Shown piece by piece: positions 45,441-53,667 of a stretch of 64,000 nucleotides of DNA; the stretch's first letter is position 1; the number at the start of each line of letters is the position of its first letter. The notes below the pieces were generated by a model. It was given only the letters and a program-made list of their open reading frames with translations. It did not search any database and had not been told where the DNA came from. Position numbers and translations under genes: made by a program. Source of the stretch: Thermoanaerobaculia bacterium. GTDB taxonomy: Bacteria > Acidobacteriota > Thermoanaerobaculia > Multivoradales > UBA5704. The stretch is from NCBI GenBank assembly GCA_036503335.1, contig DASXXC010000248.1:11748-75747 (forward strand). The letters run 5' to 3'.

Positions 45441-46010
45441 TCAGCCCGCCGCGGCCAGCCGGCGCCGCAGGGGCACCACGGCCTCGCGGTCGAGCTCGGC
45501 GGCGACCGACTGCCGGAGGAAGGTGACGGAGACCACCAGCCGCAGCGGCCCCTTCTCCCGCAGCACCGTGCCGGTCACCCCCCGGAACGGGCCGTCCACG
45601 ACCTCCACCTCGTCCCCGGGCTCCAGATAGGGATGGGGGACGAGCGGTATCCCGGCCTCCTGGAGGAGCCGGAGATTGCGCAGCTCCGCGTCCAGCCCCG
45701 CCTGATCGCTCACCGGCAGGATCTCCACGATGAGATCGCTCCGCAGGGCGGTCCGCCGCGCCTCAGCCGGGCCCCGGAAGAAGAGGTAGCCCGGGAACAG
45801 CGGCAGGCTGGAGACGAACGTCCGTCCCGCCCGCCGCACGCGCTTCTCGGTCTGGGGGAGGTAGAGCCCCACCCCGTGCCCGGCCAGATGGCGGGCCAGC
45901 CCCTTCTCCTGACGGCTGCGCACGTAGGCCACCCACCAGGGGTGCTCCGTCGCGGACAGCTCGAACAGGTGCGAGGGGGAGAGATCGACTTCGCGCTTCA
46001 GGATCGGCAC
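45441..46010 (-). CDS. NusG paralog (RfaH/UpxY/LoaP-like operon-specific antiterminator)
   Basis: GTG start. NGN domain (WWVAYVRSRQEKGLARHL..LYLPQ, LFPGYLFF) and KOW (GDEVEVVDGPFRGVTGTV). It is the first gene of the glycan operon. Confidence 0.85.
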   Translation of the reverse strand: MPILKREVDLSPSHLFELSATEHPWWVAYVRSRQEKGLARHLAGHGVGLYLPQTEKRVRRAGRTFVSSLPLFPGYLFFRGPAEARRTALRSDLIVEILPVSDQAGLDAELRNLRLLQEAGIPLVPHPYLEPGDEVEVVDGPFRGVTGTVLREKGPLRLVVSVTFLRQSVAAELDREAVVPLRRRLAAAG

Positions 46011-46115
46011 GTCGGGCTTGCTGCTACTCCGAAGGTCAAACCGCTTTTTCTTTCAGGACGCTGGGGGAATTGTTGCAGAAGAAGGGCTTGGAGGCAAGGC
46101 GGGCCCTCGCCGGGG

Positions 46116-47033
46116 CTACCGCCGCCCGGCCTTCTTCCCCATCGCCGCCCGGACCTTCAGGAGCGCGGGCATGTTCTCGCCGATCCAGCGCTCGGCGCGG
46201 GTGAGGTTCCGGTACTGGCGCTCGCGGCGGCGGAACTCGGGGGTGTGGAAGAGCCGCTTGCCCCCCCGGATCTCGGGGGGCATGTCGGCGTGGAGCATCT
46301 CGTGGAAGACCACCGCCTCCACCACGTAGCGCGGCACCTCGGGGTGGTCCAGCACCCGGTGAATGCGGATCAGACGGTCCTCATACGAATAGCTGCCGAG
46401 CTGCAGGCTGGCGCTCCGGCGCCGCCCGCAGCGGGAGGAGACCGACGACTTCCCCCAGGTGATCCCCGCCGCCAGCCGCCCCTCGAAGTAGCGCTCGTTG
46501 AGGTCGGTGAACACCTCGCGCAGGTCGAGGGCGACCCCCACCGGCTGGAGGACCAGCTTGCGGATGCGGACCGTCTGGCGGTGGACGGTGAAGTGCTCGC
46601 GGATGAGCGTCAGCGCCTGCCGGGCCTGGTCGCTCCCCCGGCGGCTCTCCACGAAGGTGGCCACCGCCCGCAGCACCTCCTCCGGCGCCTCGGTGAAGGA
46701 GTGGTGAATGCGCAATTCCAGGGGCGCCCGGCCGCCGATCCGCCCGGCGCGGACGCTCAGGATGGTGCGCCGGTTGTCGGTCAGCTCCAGGGAGCGGAGG
46801 CGGCCGCCGGTGAGGCTGTTGAGCTTGCGCAGGAGATGGAACCGCAGGGCGTTGGGATCGGCCGGACCCGCCGGCAGGGGCGGCAGCGCGGGGACCGGGA
46901 CCGGACGGAACCCGAACAACTCCAACTGCACCGGGCGCCCCGGGACGGGGCCTCCCCGCCGGCTGCGTTCGGGCGCGGAGCGCCTGGATTCACGTGGAAG
47001 CTGCTGCTGCGCCGAGGATCTCGTCGTACCCAT
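46116..47033 (-). CDS. SprT-like zinc metallopeptidase-domain protein
   Basis: Start set at ATG 47033 (MGTTRSS). Basic N-terminus and a C-terminal SprT-like block (FTDLNERYFEGRL, HExxH = VVFHEMLHA). The ORF-track start at 47162 lies inside the repeat array. Confidence 0.7.
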   Translation of the reverse strand: MGTTRSSAQQQLPRESRRSAPERSRRGGPVPGRPVQLELFGFRPVPVPALPPLPAGPADPNALRFHLLRKLNSLTGGRLRSLELTDNRRTILSVRAGRIGGRAPLELRIHHSFTEAPEEVLRAVATFVESRRGSDQARQALTLIREHFTVHRQTVRIRKLVLQPVGVALDLREVFTDLNERYFEGRLAAGITWGKSSVSSRCGRRRSASLQLGSYSYEDRLIRIHRVLDHPEVPRYVVEAVVFHEMLHADMPPEIRGGKRLFHTPEFRRRERQYRNLTRAERWIGENMPALLKVRAAMGKKAGRR

Positions 47034-47088
47034 GCGTTGCTGCCCCGAGCTGCGGGGAAATGACTGTACCACAGGGCCCCGCGAGCCA

Positions 47089-47390
47089 GGATGAGCCTTC
47101 GCGAAGGAAGATGGGCTCTCGGGAACGAAGATGACGGCCCGGATGGCTTCCCGAACGGCCATCTTGCGAAGATGGCGCTCCGGATAGCTTCCCGGGCGGC
47201 CATCTTACGAAGATAGCGATTTTTTTTCGCAGGATGACGCTCCGGGAAGAAAGATGGCCGCCCGGGAAAGCTCAAAACCGTCCGGGAAGCCAAAAAACGG
47301 GAAATCCAACGAAAAATCCGGTTATCCAGGGCTCGAAATCCGTCCGGACGGCGAAAACGGCGCCATCCTGAGAAAAACGGCGTCCGGGAG
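47089..47390. repeat. intergenic array: 41-bp imperfect-palindrome tandem units plus phased A-tracts
   Basis: Units at 47127-47167 and 47168-47208 have GAAGATGG/CCATCTT arms. Related words occur at 47089, 47107, 47209, 47231 and 47250. T8 at 47220-47227. A-tracts at 47274, 47292, 47312, 47336, 47354 and 47373. Confidence 0.75.
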
Positions 47391-47395
47391 CCCTT

Positions 47396-48367
47396 TCAGC
47401 CCGCCGGGATTCTCCAGCGCTCGCCCACGGCCATCGTGAGGACCCGGGAACGGTCGGCGCCGGTCCGGTCCAGGATCTCGGCCAGGACCTTGGGCGCGAG
47501 ATCGACGGGCTCGTCCGTGAGGTCGAAGCACCCCCAGTGCATGGGGATCATGGTCCGCGCGCCGAGGTCGAGGAAGGCGCGGTAGGCCTCCCCGGGGTCG
47601 GCGTGCTGGGGTCGCATGAACCAGCGGGGCTCGTAGGCGCCGATGGGCAGGAAGGCGACGTCGATCGGCCCCAGCCGCCGGCCGATCTCGGCGAAGCCGT
47701 GATAGTAGCCCGAGTCCCCGGCGAAGTAGTAGCGGCGGCTCCCGGAGTCGAGCAGCCAGGAGCACCAGAGGGTGGAGTTGCGGGCCATGCCGAAGCGGTT
47801 CGACCAGTGCTGGGCGGGCAGGCAGGTGAGGGTCCACCGCCCGTGGCGGACGCTCTGCCACCAGTCGAGCTCCACAGCTTGGCGCCCGCGCTTCCGGAGC
47901 CACCCGGCGAGCCCCAGGGGGGCAAACCACCGGATCGAGGCCGGCAGCCGGCGCACGCTCCAGTCGTCCAGATGGTCGTAGTGGTTGTGGGAGAGGACGG
48001 CGAAGGCCTCGGCCGGCACCGCCTCCAGGGGGATGCCCGGCGGGCTCTTCCGCTTGGGGAGCAGCGCCCGCGCCCCGAAGTGGGGGTCGGTGAGAAAGAC
48101 CTCCCCGCCGTCCTGGACCGCGAACGTCGAATGCCCCACCCAGGTCACCGAGTCCGGCTGCCCCCCGTCCCTCAGATAGGCGCCGTCGTTGGCCAACACC
48201 GGGATCTGCGGCGGGACGCTCTTGTCATATCCCTTGTCCTTGGAGAATTGCCACCGGAGCAGGTCGAGAAACCGGGTGTTGAACGGAGCCCAGGGATTGA
48301 AGAACCGCCCCGGCTCGCCGTGGGGGGCGTAGAGGAGGTCGGTCTGGGGGTCGGAGTCTGCGGCCAT
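47396..48367 (-). CDS. MBL-fold metallo-hydrolase (NAPE-PLD-like)
   Basis: HxHxDH motif (SHNHYDHLD), later FAGDSGY, and PMHWG. Confidence 0.85.
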   Translation of the reverse strand: MAADSDPQTDLLYAPHGEPGRFFNPWAPFNTRFLDLLRWQFSKDKGYDKSVPPQIPVLANDGAYLRDGGQPDSVTWVGHSTFAVQDGGEVFLTDPHFGARALLPKRKSPPGIPLEAVPAEAFAVLSHNHYDHLDDWSVRRLPASIRWFAPLGLAGWLRKRGRQAVELDWWQSVRHGRWTLTCLPAQHWSNRFGMARNSTLWCSWLLDSGSRRYYFAGDSGYYHGFAEIGRRLGPIDVAFLPIGAYEPRWFMRPQHADPGEAYRAFLDLGARTMIPMHWGCFDLTDEPVDLAPKVLAEILDRTGADRSRVLTMAVGERWRIPAG

Positions 48368-48456
48368 GGCGGGCTTCAGAGGATATCCCGTCGGGCCCGA
48401 TCGTGCCTCTTGCGCCGCTCGTCGTTCCTTGTGAGAATGCCGCGTTCTTTCCTGGC

Positions 48457-49431
48457 ATGTCGAACGGAGGGGTGGTGGCGGAGCACGATTCCGGATACAA
48501 GCTTCTTTTCTCCCATCCCGAGATGGTCGAGGACCTGATCCGCGGCTTCGTCCATGAGGACTGGGTGCGAGACCTCGACTTCTCCACCTTGGAGAAGGTC
48601 CCTGGCAACTACGTCGCTCCCAATCTGATGCCCCGGGAGAGCGACTGCGTCTGGAAGCTCGGCTGGAAGGATGGCCGCGTCCTCTACGTCTATCTCCTGA
48701 TGGAATTCCAATCCACCGTCGACTCCTCGATGGCGCTACGCATGATGGTCTACCTGGGGCTGTTCTACCAGGACCTTCTCAAGCGGGGAGAGACCACCCC
48801 TTCGGGCAAGCTGCCACCCGTCCTGCCGCTGGTTCTCTATAATGGATACGCGCTCTGGAACGCCGCCCGGGAGGTCTCGGAGCTGATCGAGGAGGTCCCC
48901 GGCGGTCTGGAGCGCTACCGGCCGCAGCTCCGCTACTGTCTGCTGGACGAGATGCGGATGGCCGACTCGGAGCTGGAGCCGTTGCGCAATCTGGCCGCGG
49001 CGGTGTTCCGGCTGGAGAAGAGCTTCGATACGGAGGCCATGGAACGGGTCCTGGAAGCGGCGAGCGAGTGGTTACGGGCGCCGGGTCTGGAGGGATTGAG
49101 GAAGTCGTTCACCGATTGGGTGCTGAAGGTTCTTCTCCCGTCCCGGATCCGCGGGGTCAGGTTCCCCGAGTTACTCGATCTTGAGGAGGTCAAGGCGATG
49201 CTTGCGGAAAGCGGCTTTAGTTGGTCCGATCGCTGGGAGCGGGAAGGGATGGAAAAGGGGCTCCAGGAAGCTCGTGGAGCTCTCCTGCAGGATCTCGAGA
49301 GGCGCTTCGGTCCCCTGCCCGAGACGATCCTCCGGCGGGTGGACGCGTTTGCGTCCCTCGCGGAGCTCACGAAATTCAGCTTCCGCGCGGGAGCGGCCTC
49401 CTCTTTGGCTGAGCTCGCCACCATCCCGTAG
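48457..49431 (+). CDS. Rpn-family recombination-promoting nuclease / putative transposase (PD-(D/E)xK, YhgA-like) with DUF4351 tail
   Basis: Start at ATG 48457. EHDSGYKLLFSHPEMVEDLIRGF, a DxxW.. core (ESDCVWKL..YVYLLMEFQS), and C-terminal DUF4351-like LLQDLERRFGPLPETILRRVDAF. GC is slightly lower than the flanks. Confidence 0.85.
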   Translation: MSNGGVVAEHDSGYKLLFSHPEMVEDLIRGFVHEDWVRDLDFSTLEKVPGNYVAPNLMPRESDCVWKLGWKDGRVLYVYLLMEFQSTVDSSMALRMMVYLGLFYQDLLKRGETTPSGKLPPVLPLVLYNGYALWNAAREVSELIEEVPGGLERYRPQLRYCLLDEMRMADSELEPLRNLAAAVFRLEKSFDTEAMERVLEAASEWLRAPGLEGLRKSFTDWVLKVLLPSRIRGVRFPELLDLEEVKAMLAESGFSWSDRWEREGMEKGLQEARGALLQDLERRFGPLPETILRRVDAFASLAELTKFSFRAGAASSLAELATIP

Positions 49432-49440
49432 CGGCCGGCC

Positions 49441-49890
49441 TCAAGCCGCCCCGAAGATCTCCCTCAGCCGCCTCTCCCGGTAGGCGAAGATCTTCCGGAC
49501 GTCTCGCGCCACCATCAGCCGGTTCGCCAGGGCCCCGAAGGGCACGGCGTAGCGGACGAAATCGCCGCAGAGCGTGCCGTCGCCGTCCTCCTCGAAGGTG
49601 TGCTCGTGGAGCCAGAGGCGGTAGGGGCCCCGGAGCTGCTCGTCCATGAACCGGTTGGGCGGCTCCCAGACGGTGATCCGGGTTTGCCAGCGGATCGGGA
49701 TGAAGCGGAGATGGAGGCGGTAATCGATCAGGGCCCCGGGACGCATCTCGACCGGCCGCGGGGTGAGGATCTCGAACCGCAGCCAGGGGGGCGTCAGCTC
49801 CTGGAGATTGCCGGCGTCAGCGAAGAAGGCGAAGACCTCGGCGCGCGGACGGGGGACCCGGGTCTTGGCGCGGAATTCGAAGATCCTCAT
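49441..49890 (-). CDS. SRPBCC-family (START/cyclase-dehydrase fold) protein
   Basis: Start at ATG 49890 (MRIFEFRAKTRVPRPRAEVFAFF), overlapping the upstream stop as ATGA. Contains IPIRWQTRITVWEPPNRFMDEQLRGPY. Confidence 0.85.
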   Translation of the reverse strand: MRIFEFRAKTRVPRPRAEVFAFFADAGNLQELTPPWLRFEILTPRPVEMRPGALIDYRLHLRFIPIRWQTRITVWEPPNRFMDEQLRGPYRLWLHEHTFEEDGDGTLCGDFVRYAVPFGALANRLMVARDVRKIFAYRERRLREIFGAA

Positions 49891-50315
49891 CGGGGGGCGG
49901 CCCCGGCCCTCTCGAACGCCGCCCGGATCTCCTCCATCCGCTTCCGGTTCACCCCGAAGTCCTTGCGGCCCAGGCGCGAGGCGGAGCGGAAATGGATCCG
50001 CTTCGCCCCCTCGTCGAAGACGAATTCGACGTCGTCCACGAAACGGAAGAGCTTCGAGCGGCACTCCGCTTTGAGGTAGTGAGGCTCCAGGCTGGGGTCG
50101 CTGACGATCCGGGTCCGCGGGTACTCGCGCAGTACCTGCTGGAGCCGCGCCCGCGCCTCGTCGAGCGAGCCCGTATACGGGATGGGGTCCATGCGCTTCG
50201 ACGACCCCGGCGGCGCCTCGGTGGAGACGCAGTTCGGGGTGCGCGGGCAGGGGGCCAGGCGGGAGGCGGGATCGGTCGTCGCCATGAGGCGCATTGTAGA
50301 CCGATGCTCTATCAT
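49887..50315 (-). CDS. DUF1499 domain protein
   Basis: CPRTPNCVST, LFRFVDDVEF, and RSASRLGRKDFGVNRKRMEEIR. The start may be the internal ATG at 50294. Confidence 0.85.
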   Translation of the reverse strand: MIEHRSTMRLMATTDPASRLAPCPRTPNCVSTEAPPGSSKRMDPIPYTGSLDEARARLQQVLREYPRTRIVSDPSLEPHYLKAECRSKLFRFVDDVEFVFDEGAKRIHFRSASRLGRKDFGVNRKRMEEIRAAFERAGAAPR

Positions 50316-50347
50316 CTGCGGTTCCGACGGAAGGAGAGGATCACGAC

Positions 50348-51778
50348 ATGCTGATGCTGGACGCCGAGACCCGGGGCGAGCTGTGGCGCCGCCTGGTGGA
50401 GGCGATCGAATCCTATCTCAACGGGGTGGGGGAGGCCCGGGTGGCCCCGCCGCTCGACGTCGAGGCGATCCGCGGGGCGCTCGCCCCCTTCGACTTCGAG
50501 CGCCCCCTCGACCCCCTGGAAGCGCTGGATTTCGCGGTGGAGAGCCTCTGGAAGTGGCAGGTCCACACCCCGCATCCGCGCTATTTCGGGCTGTTCAACC
50601 CGGCGCCGACCACCATGGGGATCGCCGGGGACGCCCTGGTGGCCGCCTTCAATCCGCAGCTCGCGGCCTGGAGCCATAACCCGATCGCGGCCGAGATCGA
50701 GCAGCACCTGATCCGGGCCCTGGGGAGCCGCTTCGGCTTCGATCCGGCCCGGGTGGAGGGGAATTTCACCTCCGGCGGCGCGGAGGCCAACCACACCGCC
50801 CTGCTGACGGCGCTCACCCGCGCCTTCCCCGAGATCGGCCGGCGGGGGATGCTCGCCCTGCGCAGCCAGCCGGTGCTCTACGTCTCGCCGGAGGCCCATC
50901 ACTCGTTCCTCAAGGCGGCGCGCCTCTCCGGGATCGGTACCGAGGCGGTGCGCGAGGTGCGGGTGGACTCCAGCCTGCGGATGATCCCTGAGGATCTCGC
51001 CGCCAGAATCGAGGAGGACCGGGGAGCGGGGCACACCCCCTTCCTGGTGGTCGCCACCGTGGGCTCGACCAGCGCCGGGGCGATCGACCCGGTGGCCGAG
51101 GTCGCCCAGGTAGCGGACGAGGCCGGGGGCCTATGGCTCCACCTCGACGCGGCGTGGGGTGGCGCGGCGGCTCTGGTGCCCGAGCTGCGGCCGGTGCTCG
51201 ACGGCGCCGCCCGCGCCGACTCGATCACCTTCGACGCCCACAAGTGGCTCTCGGTGCCGATGGGGGCCGGGATCTACCTGACCCGCCACCCCGGCATCCT
51301 GGAGCGCACCTTCCGGGTGGCGGCCGGCTACATGCCGCGCGAGGGGAGCGTCCTGCCGGTGGCCGACCCCTACGCCCACTCCATGCAGTGGTCCCGCCGG
51401 TTCATCGGCCTCAAGCTCTTCCTCTCGCTGGCGGTCGCCGGCTGGGAGGGGTACGCGGAGGCGATCCGCCGGCAGACGGAGATGGGAAACCTCCTCCGCG
51501 AGCGGCTGCGGGAGGCGGGTTGGACGATCGTCAACGACACGCCGCTCCCCGTGGTCTGCTTCGTCGATACTGACAAGGACGGCCGCTCGGCGCAATTCCT
51601 GGAGGCGGTCGCCGCGCGCGTGGTCGCCTCGGGGGAGGCCTGGATCAGCACCGTCTCGCTGGGGGAGGCGGGACCCGCCCTGCGGGCCTGCATCACCAAC
51701 TACCGCACCGGTCCGGAGGACCTGGACGCCCTGGTGGCGGCCCTCGGCCGGGCCCGGCAGGCGGTGGAGACGGCGTGA
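50348..51778 (+). CDS. PLP-dependent decarboxylase (group II, fold-type I)
   Basis: TSGGAEANHTAL, HLDAAWGG, and the PLP-lysine block SITFDAHKW. Confidence 0.9.
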   Translation: MLMLDAETRGELWRRLVEAIESYLNGVGEARVAPPLDVEAIRGALAPFDFERPLDPLEALDFAVESLWKWQVHTPHPRYFGLFNPAPTTMGIAGDALVAAFNPQLAAWSHNPIAAEIEQHLIRALGSRFGFDPARVEGNFTSGGAEANHTALLTALTRAFPEIGRRGMLALRSQPVLYVSPEAHHSFLKAARLSGIGTEAVREVRVDSSLRMIPEDLAARIEEDRGAGHTPFLVVATVGSTSAGAIDPVAEVAQVADEAGGLWLHLDAAWGGAAALVPELRPVLDGAARADSITFDAHKWLSVPMGAGIYLTRHPGILERTFRVAAGYMPREGSVLPVADPYAHSMQWSRRFIGLKLFLSLAVAGWEGYAEAIRRQTEMGNLLRERLREAGWTIVNDTPLPVVCFVDTDKDGRSAQFLEAVAARVVASGEAWISTVSLGEAGPALRACITNYRTGPEDLDALVAALGRARQAVETA

Positions 51779-51870
51779 GCCGTGGCGTGCTACTCTTTCC
51801 TTTCTTCCTCCGAGGATGTCACGCCTGGGACGTTTTCGGCACTTAGGAGGAGGAACAGAAGGAGAACCAC

Positions 51871-52116
51871 ATGAGCTGGGAAGATAGAGAAGACAACACC
51901 ATCTACAAGGTGGTGGTGAATCACGAAGAGCAGTATTCGATCTGGCCCGCCCACCGCGAGAACCCTCTCGGCTGGAACGACGTGGGCAAGTCGGGCCCCA
52001 AGCAGGAGTGCCTCGACTACATCAAGGAAGTCTGGACGGACATGCGCCCGCTCTCCCTCCGCAAGAAGATGGAGGAGATGGAGCGCGCCCGCCAGGCGGG
52101 TCAGGAAGCCAACTGA
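51871..52116 (+). CDS. mbtH: MbtH-family NRPS accessory protein
   Basis: 81 aa: [24 protein letters not shown], with three signature Trp. RBS AAGGAGA. Confidence 0.93.
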   Translation: MSWEDREDNTIYKVVVNHEEQYSIWPAHRENPLGWNDVGKSGPKQECLDYIKEVWTDMRPLSLRKKMEEMERARQAGQEAN

Positions 52117-52117
52117 C

Positions 52118-52900
52118 TTGCGGCCGAGCGGTAATCCTCCGGACCGGTGGCTGGCCTACCGCGACGTAAATCCCCGTGCCAGGATGCGGATGTTCTGCCT
52201 CCCCTACGCGGGGGGTGGCGCGTCCGTCTACCGCGGCTGGGGGGCCTCGCTGCCCGGCGATCTCGAGGTCTGCCCGGTGCAGCTCCCCGGCCGGGAGAGC
52301 CGGCTGCGGGAGCCCGCCTACACCGATCTCGGCACGATGGTGCCGGCGGTGGCCGACGCGCTCGATCCGTACCTGAATCTCCCCTTCGTGCTCTTCGGGC
52401 ACAGCATGGGGGCCGCGATCGTCTTCGAGCTGGCGCGGGAGCTGCGCCGGCGGGGCCGTCCACAGCCGCTGCACCTGTTCGTCTCCGGCCGCCGCGCGCC
52501 GCAACTGCCGGCCCGTGAGGAGCCGATCCACGCGCTCCCCGAGGCGGAGTTCATGGCCAAGCTCCGGGAGCTCAACGGCACGCCGGAGGAGGTGCTCCAG
52601 CACGAGGAGCTGATGAAGCTCCTGCTCCCCATCCTGCGCGCCGACTTCGGGGTCAACGAGAAGTACGAGCCGACCCCCGACGAGCCTTTGGAGGCCGGGA
52701 TCTCCGCCTTCGGCGGGATCGGCGACAAGGACGTCACCCGGGAGGACGTGGAGGCGTGGAAGGAGCACACCCGCGGCCGGTTCCGGGCCCGGATGTTCCC
52801 CGGAGACCACTTCTTCATCCACGGCAACAAGGATCTCGTCCTCGAAGCGGTCGCGCGGGATCTCGCGGAGATCTCGGCGGCGGCCCCGCGGCCCTGGTGA
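52118..52900 (+). CDS. type II thioesterase (alpha/beta hydrolase, GrsT/TEII-like)
   Basis: TTG start 1 nt after the mbtH stop. FCLPYAGGGASVY, nucleophile elbow GHSMGA, and C-terminal GDHFF. Confidence 0.88.
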   Translation: MRPSGNPPDRWLAYRDVNPRARMRMFCLPYAGGGASVYRGWGASLPGDLEVCPVQLPGRESRLREPAYTDLGTMVPAVADALDPYLNLPFVLFGHSMGAAIVFELARELRRRGRPQPLHLFVSGRRAPQLPAREEPIHALPEAEFMAKLRELNGTPEEVLQHEELMKLLLPILRADFGVNEKYEPTPDEPLEAGISAFGGIGDKDVTREDVEAWKEHTRGRFRARMFPGDHFFIHGNKDLVLEAVARDLAEISAAAPRPW

Positions 52901-53667
52901 CCGGTTTCCCTCCAAGATCGCCCGCCGCCGGCCTGGAGCTCCAGGCCGGCGAGATCCACGTCTGGTCGGTCCAGCTCGATCCTCCCCCGGAGCAGGTCGA
53001 GCGGCTGGGGCGTTCCCTCTCCACGGACGAATGGGAGCGCGCCCACCGGTTCCGCTTCGAGAAGCACCGGCGCCAGTACGTGGTGGGGCGCGGGGCGCTG
53101 CGCACCCTGCTCGCCGCCTATCTGGGCACCCGGCCGGAGGCGGTCCGCTTCCGCTACGGTCCGCGGGGGAAGCCCTTCCTCGACTCTCCCCCCGCCTCGG
53201 CGGCCGACCTCCAGTTCAACCTCTCGAACTCGGACGAGATGGCCCTGGTGGGCTTCGTGAGGGGCCCCGAGATCGGGGTGGACATCGAATATCTGAAGCC
53301 GATGCCCGACTGCGAGCAGATCTCGGAGCGCTTCTTCTCGGAGAGCGAGCGGAAGGTGCTGCGGGGGATTCCCGGGCGGGCCAAGGAGGAAGCCTTCTTC
53401 AACTGCTGGACGCGGAAGGAGGCCTACCTCAAGGCGGTGGGGGAGGGGCTCGCGGCGCCGCTCGACTCCTTCGACGTTACCCTCGCCCCGGGCGATCCGC
53501 CCCGCATGCTCACCCTCGAAGGGGACCCCGAACGGGCCGCCCGCTGGTTCTTCCACCACCTCGTGCCGGCCGAGATGTACGTCGGCGCCGTGGCGATCGA
53601 AGGGGGGGCCTGGGAGGTGCGGACGTGGCGATTTACTGCACCGTCACAGCCTTTTTCTCCTCCTTGA
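52897..53667 (+). CDS. 4'-phosphopantetheinyl transferase (Sfp type)
   Basis: GTG 52897 overlaps the TEII TGA as GTGA. FNLSNSDEMALVGF, GVDIEY, and FFNCWTRKEAYLKAVG (WxxKEAxxK). Confidence 0.88.
   Translation: MTGFPPRSPAAGLELQAGEIHVWSVQLDPPPEQVERLGRSLSTDEWERAHRFRFEKHRRQYVVGRGALRTLLAAYLGTRPEAVRFRYGPRGKPFLDSPPASAADLQFNLSNSDEMALVGFVRGPEIGVDIEYLKPMPDCEQISERFFSESERKVLRGIPGRAKEEAFFNCWTRKEAYLKAVGEGLAAPLDSFDVTLAPGDPPRMLTLEGDPERAARWFFHHLVPAEMYVGAVAIEGGAWEVRTWRFTAPSQPFSPP

Noticed and set aside
46011-46115. ops/JUMPstart-like antiterminator recruitment element, and a sigma70 promoter in the NusG-paralog leader
   Set aside because: Only a 5-nt GCGGT word matches ops. The TTGACC and TTGCAA hexamers have no acceptable -10 at 16-18 bp. 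The evidence is too weak to annotate.
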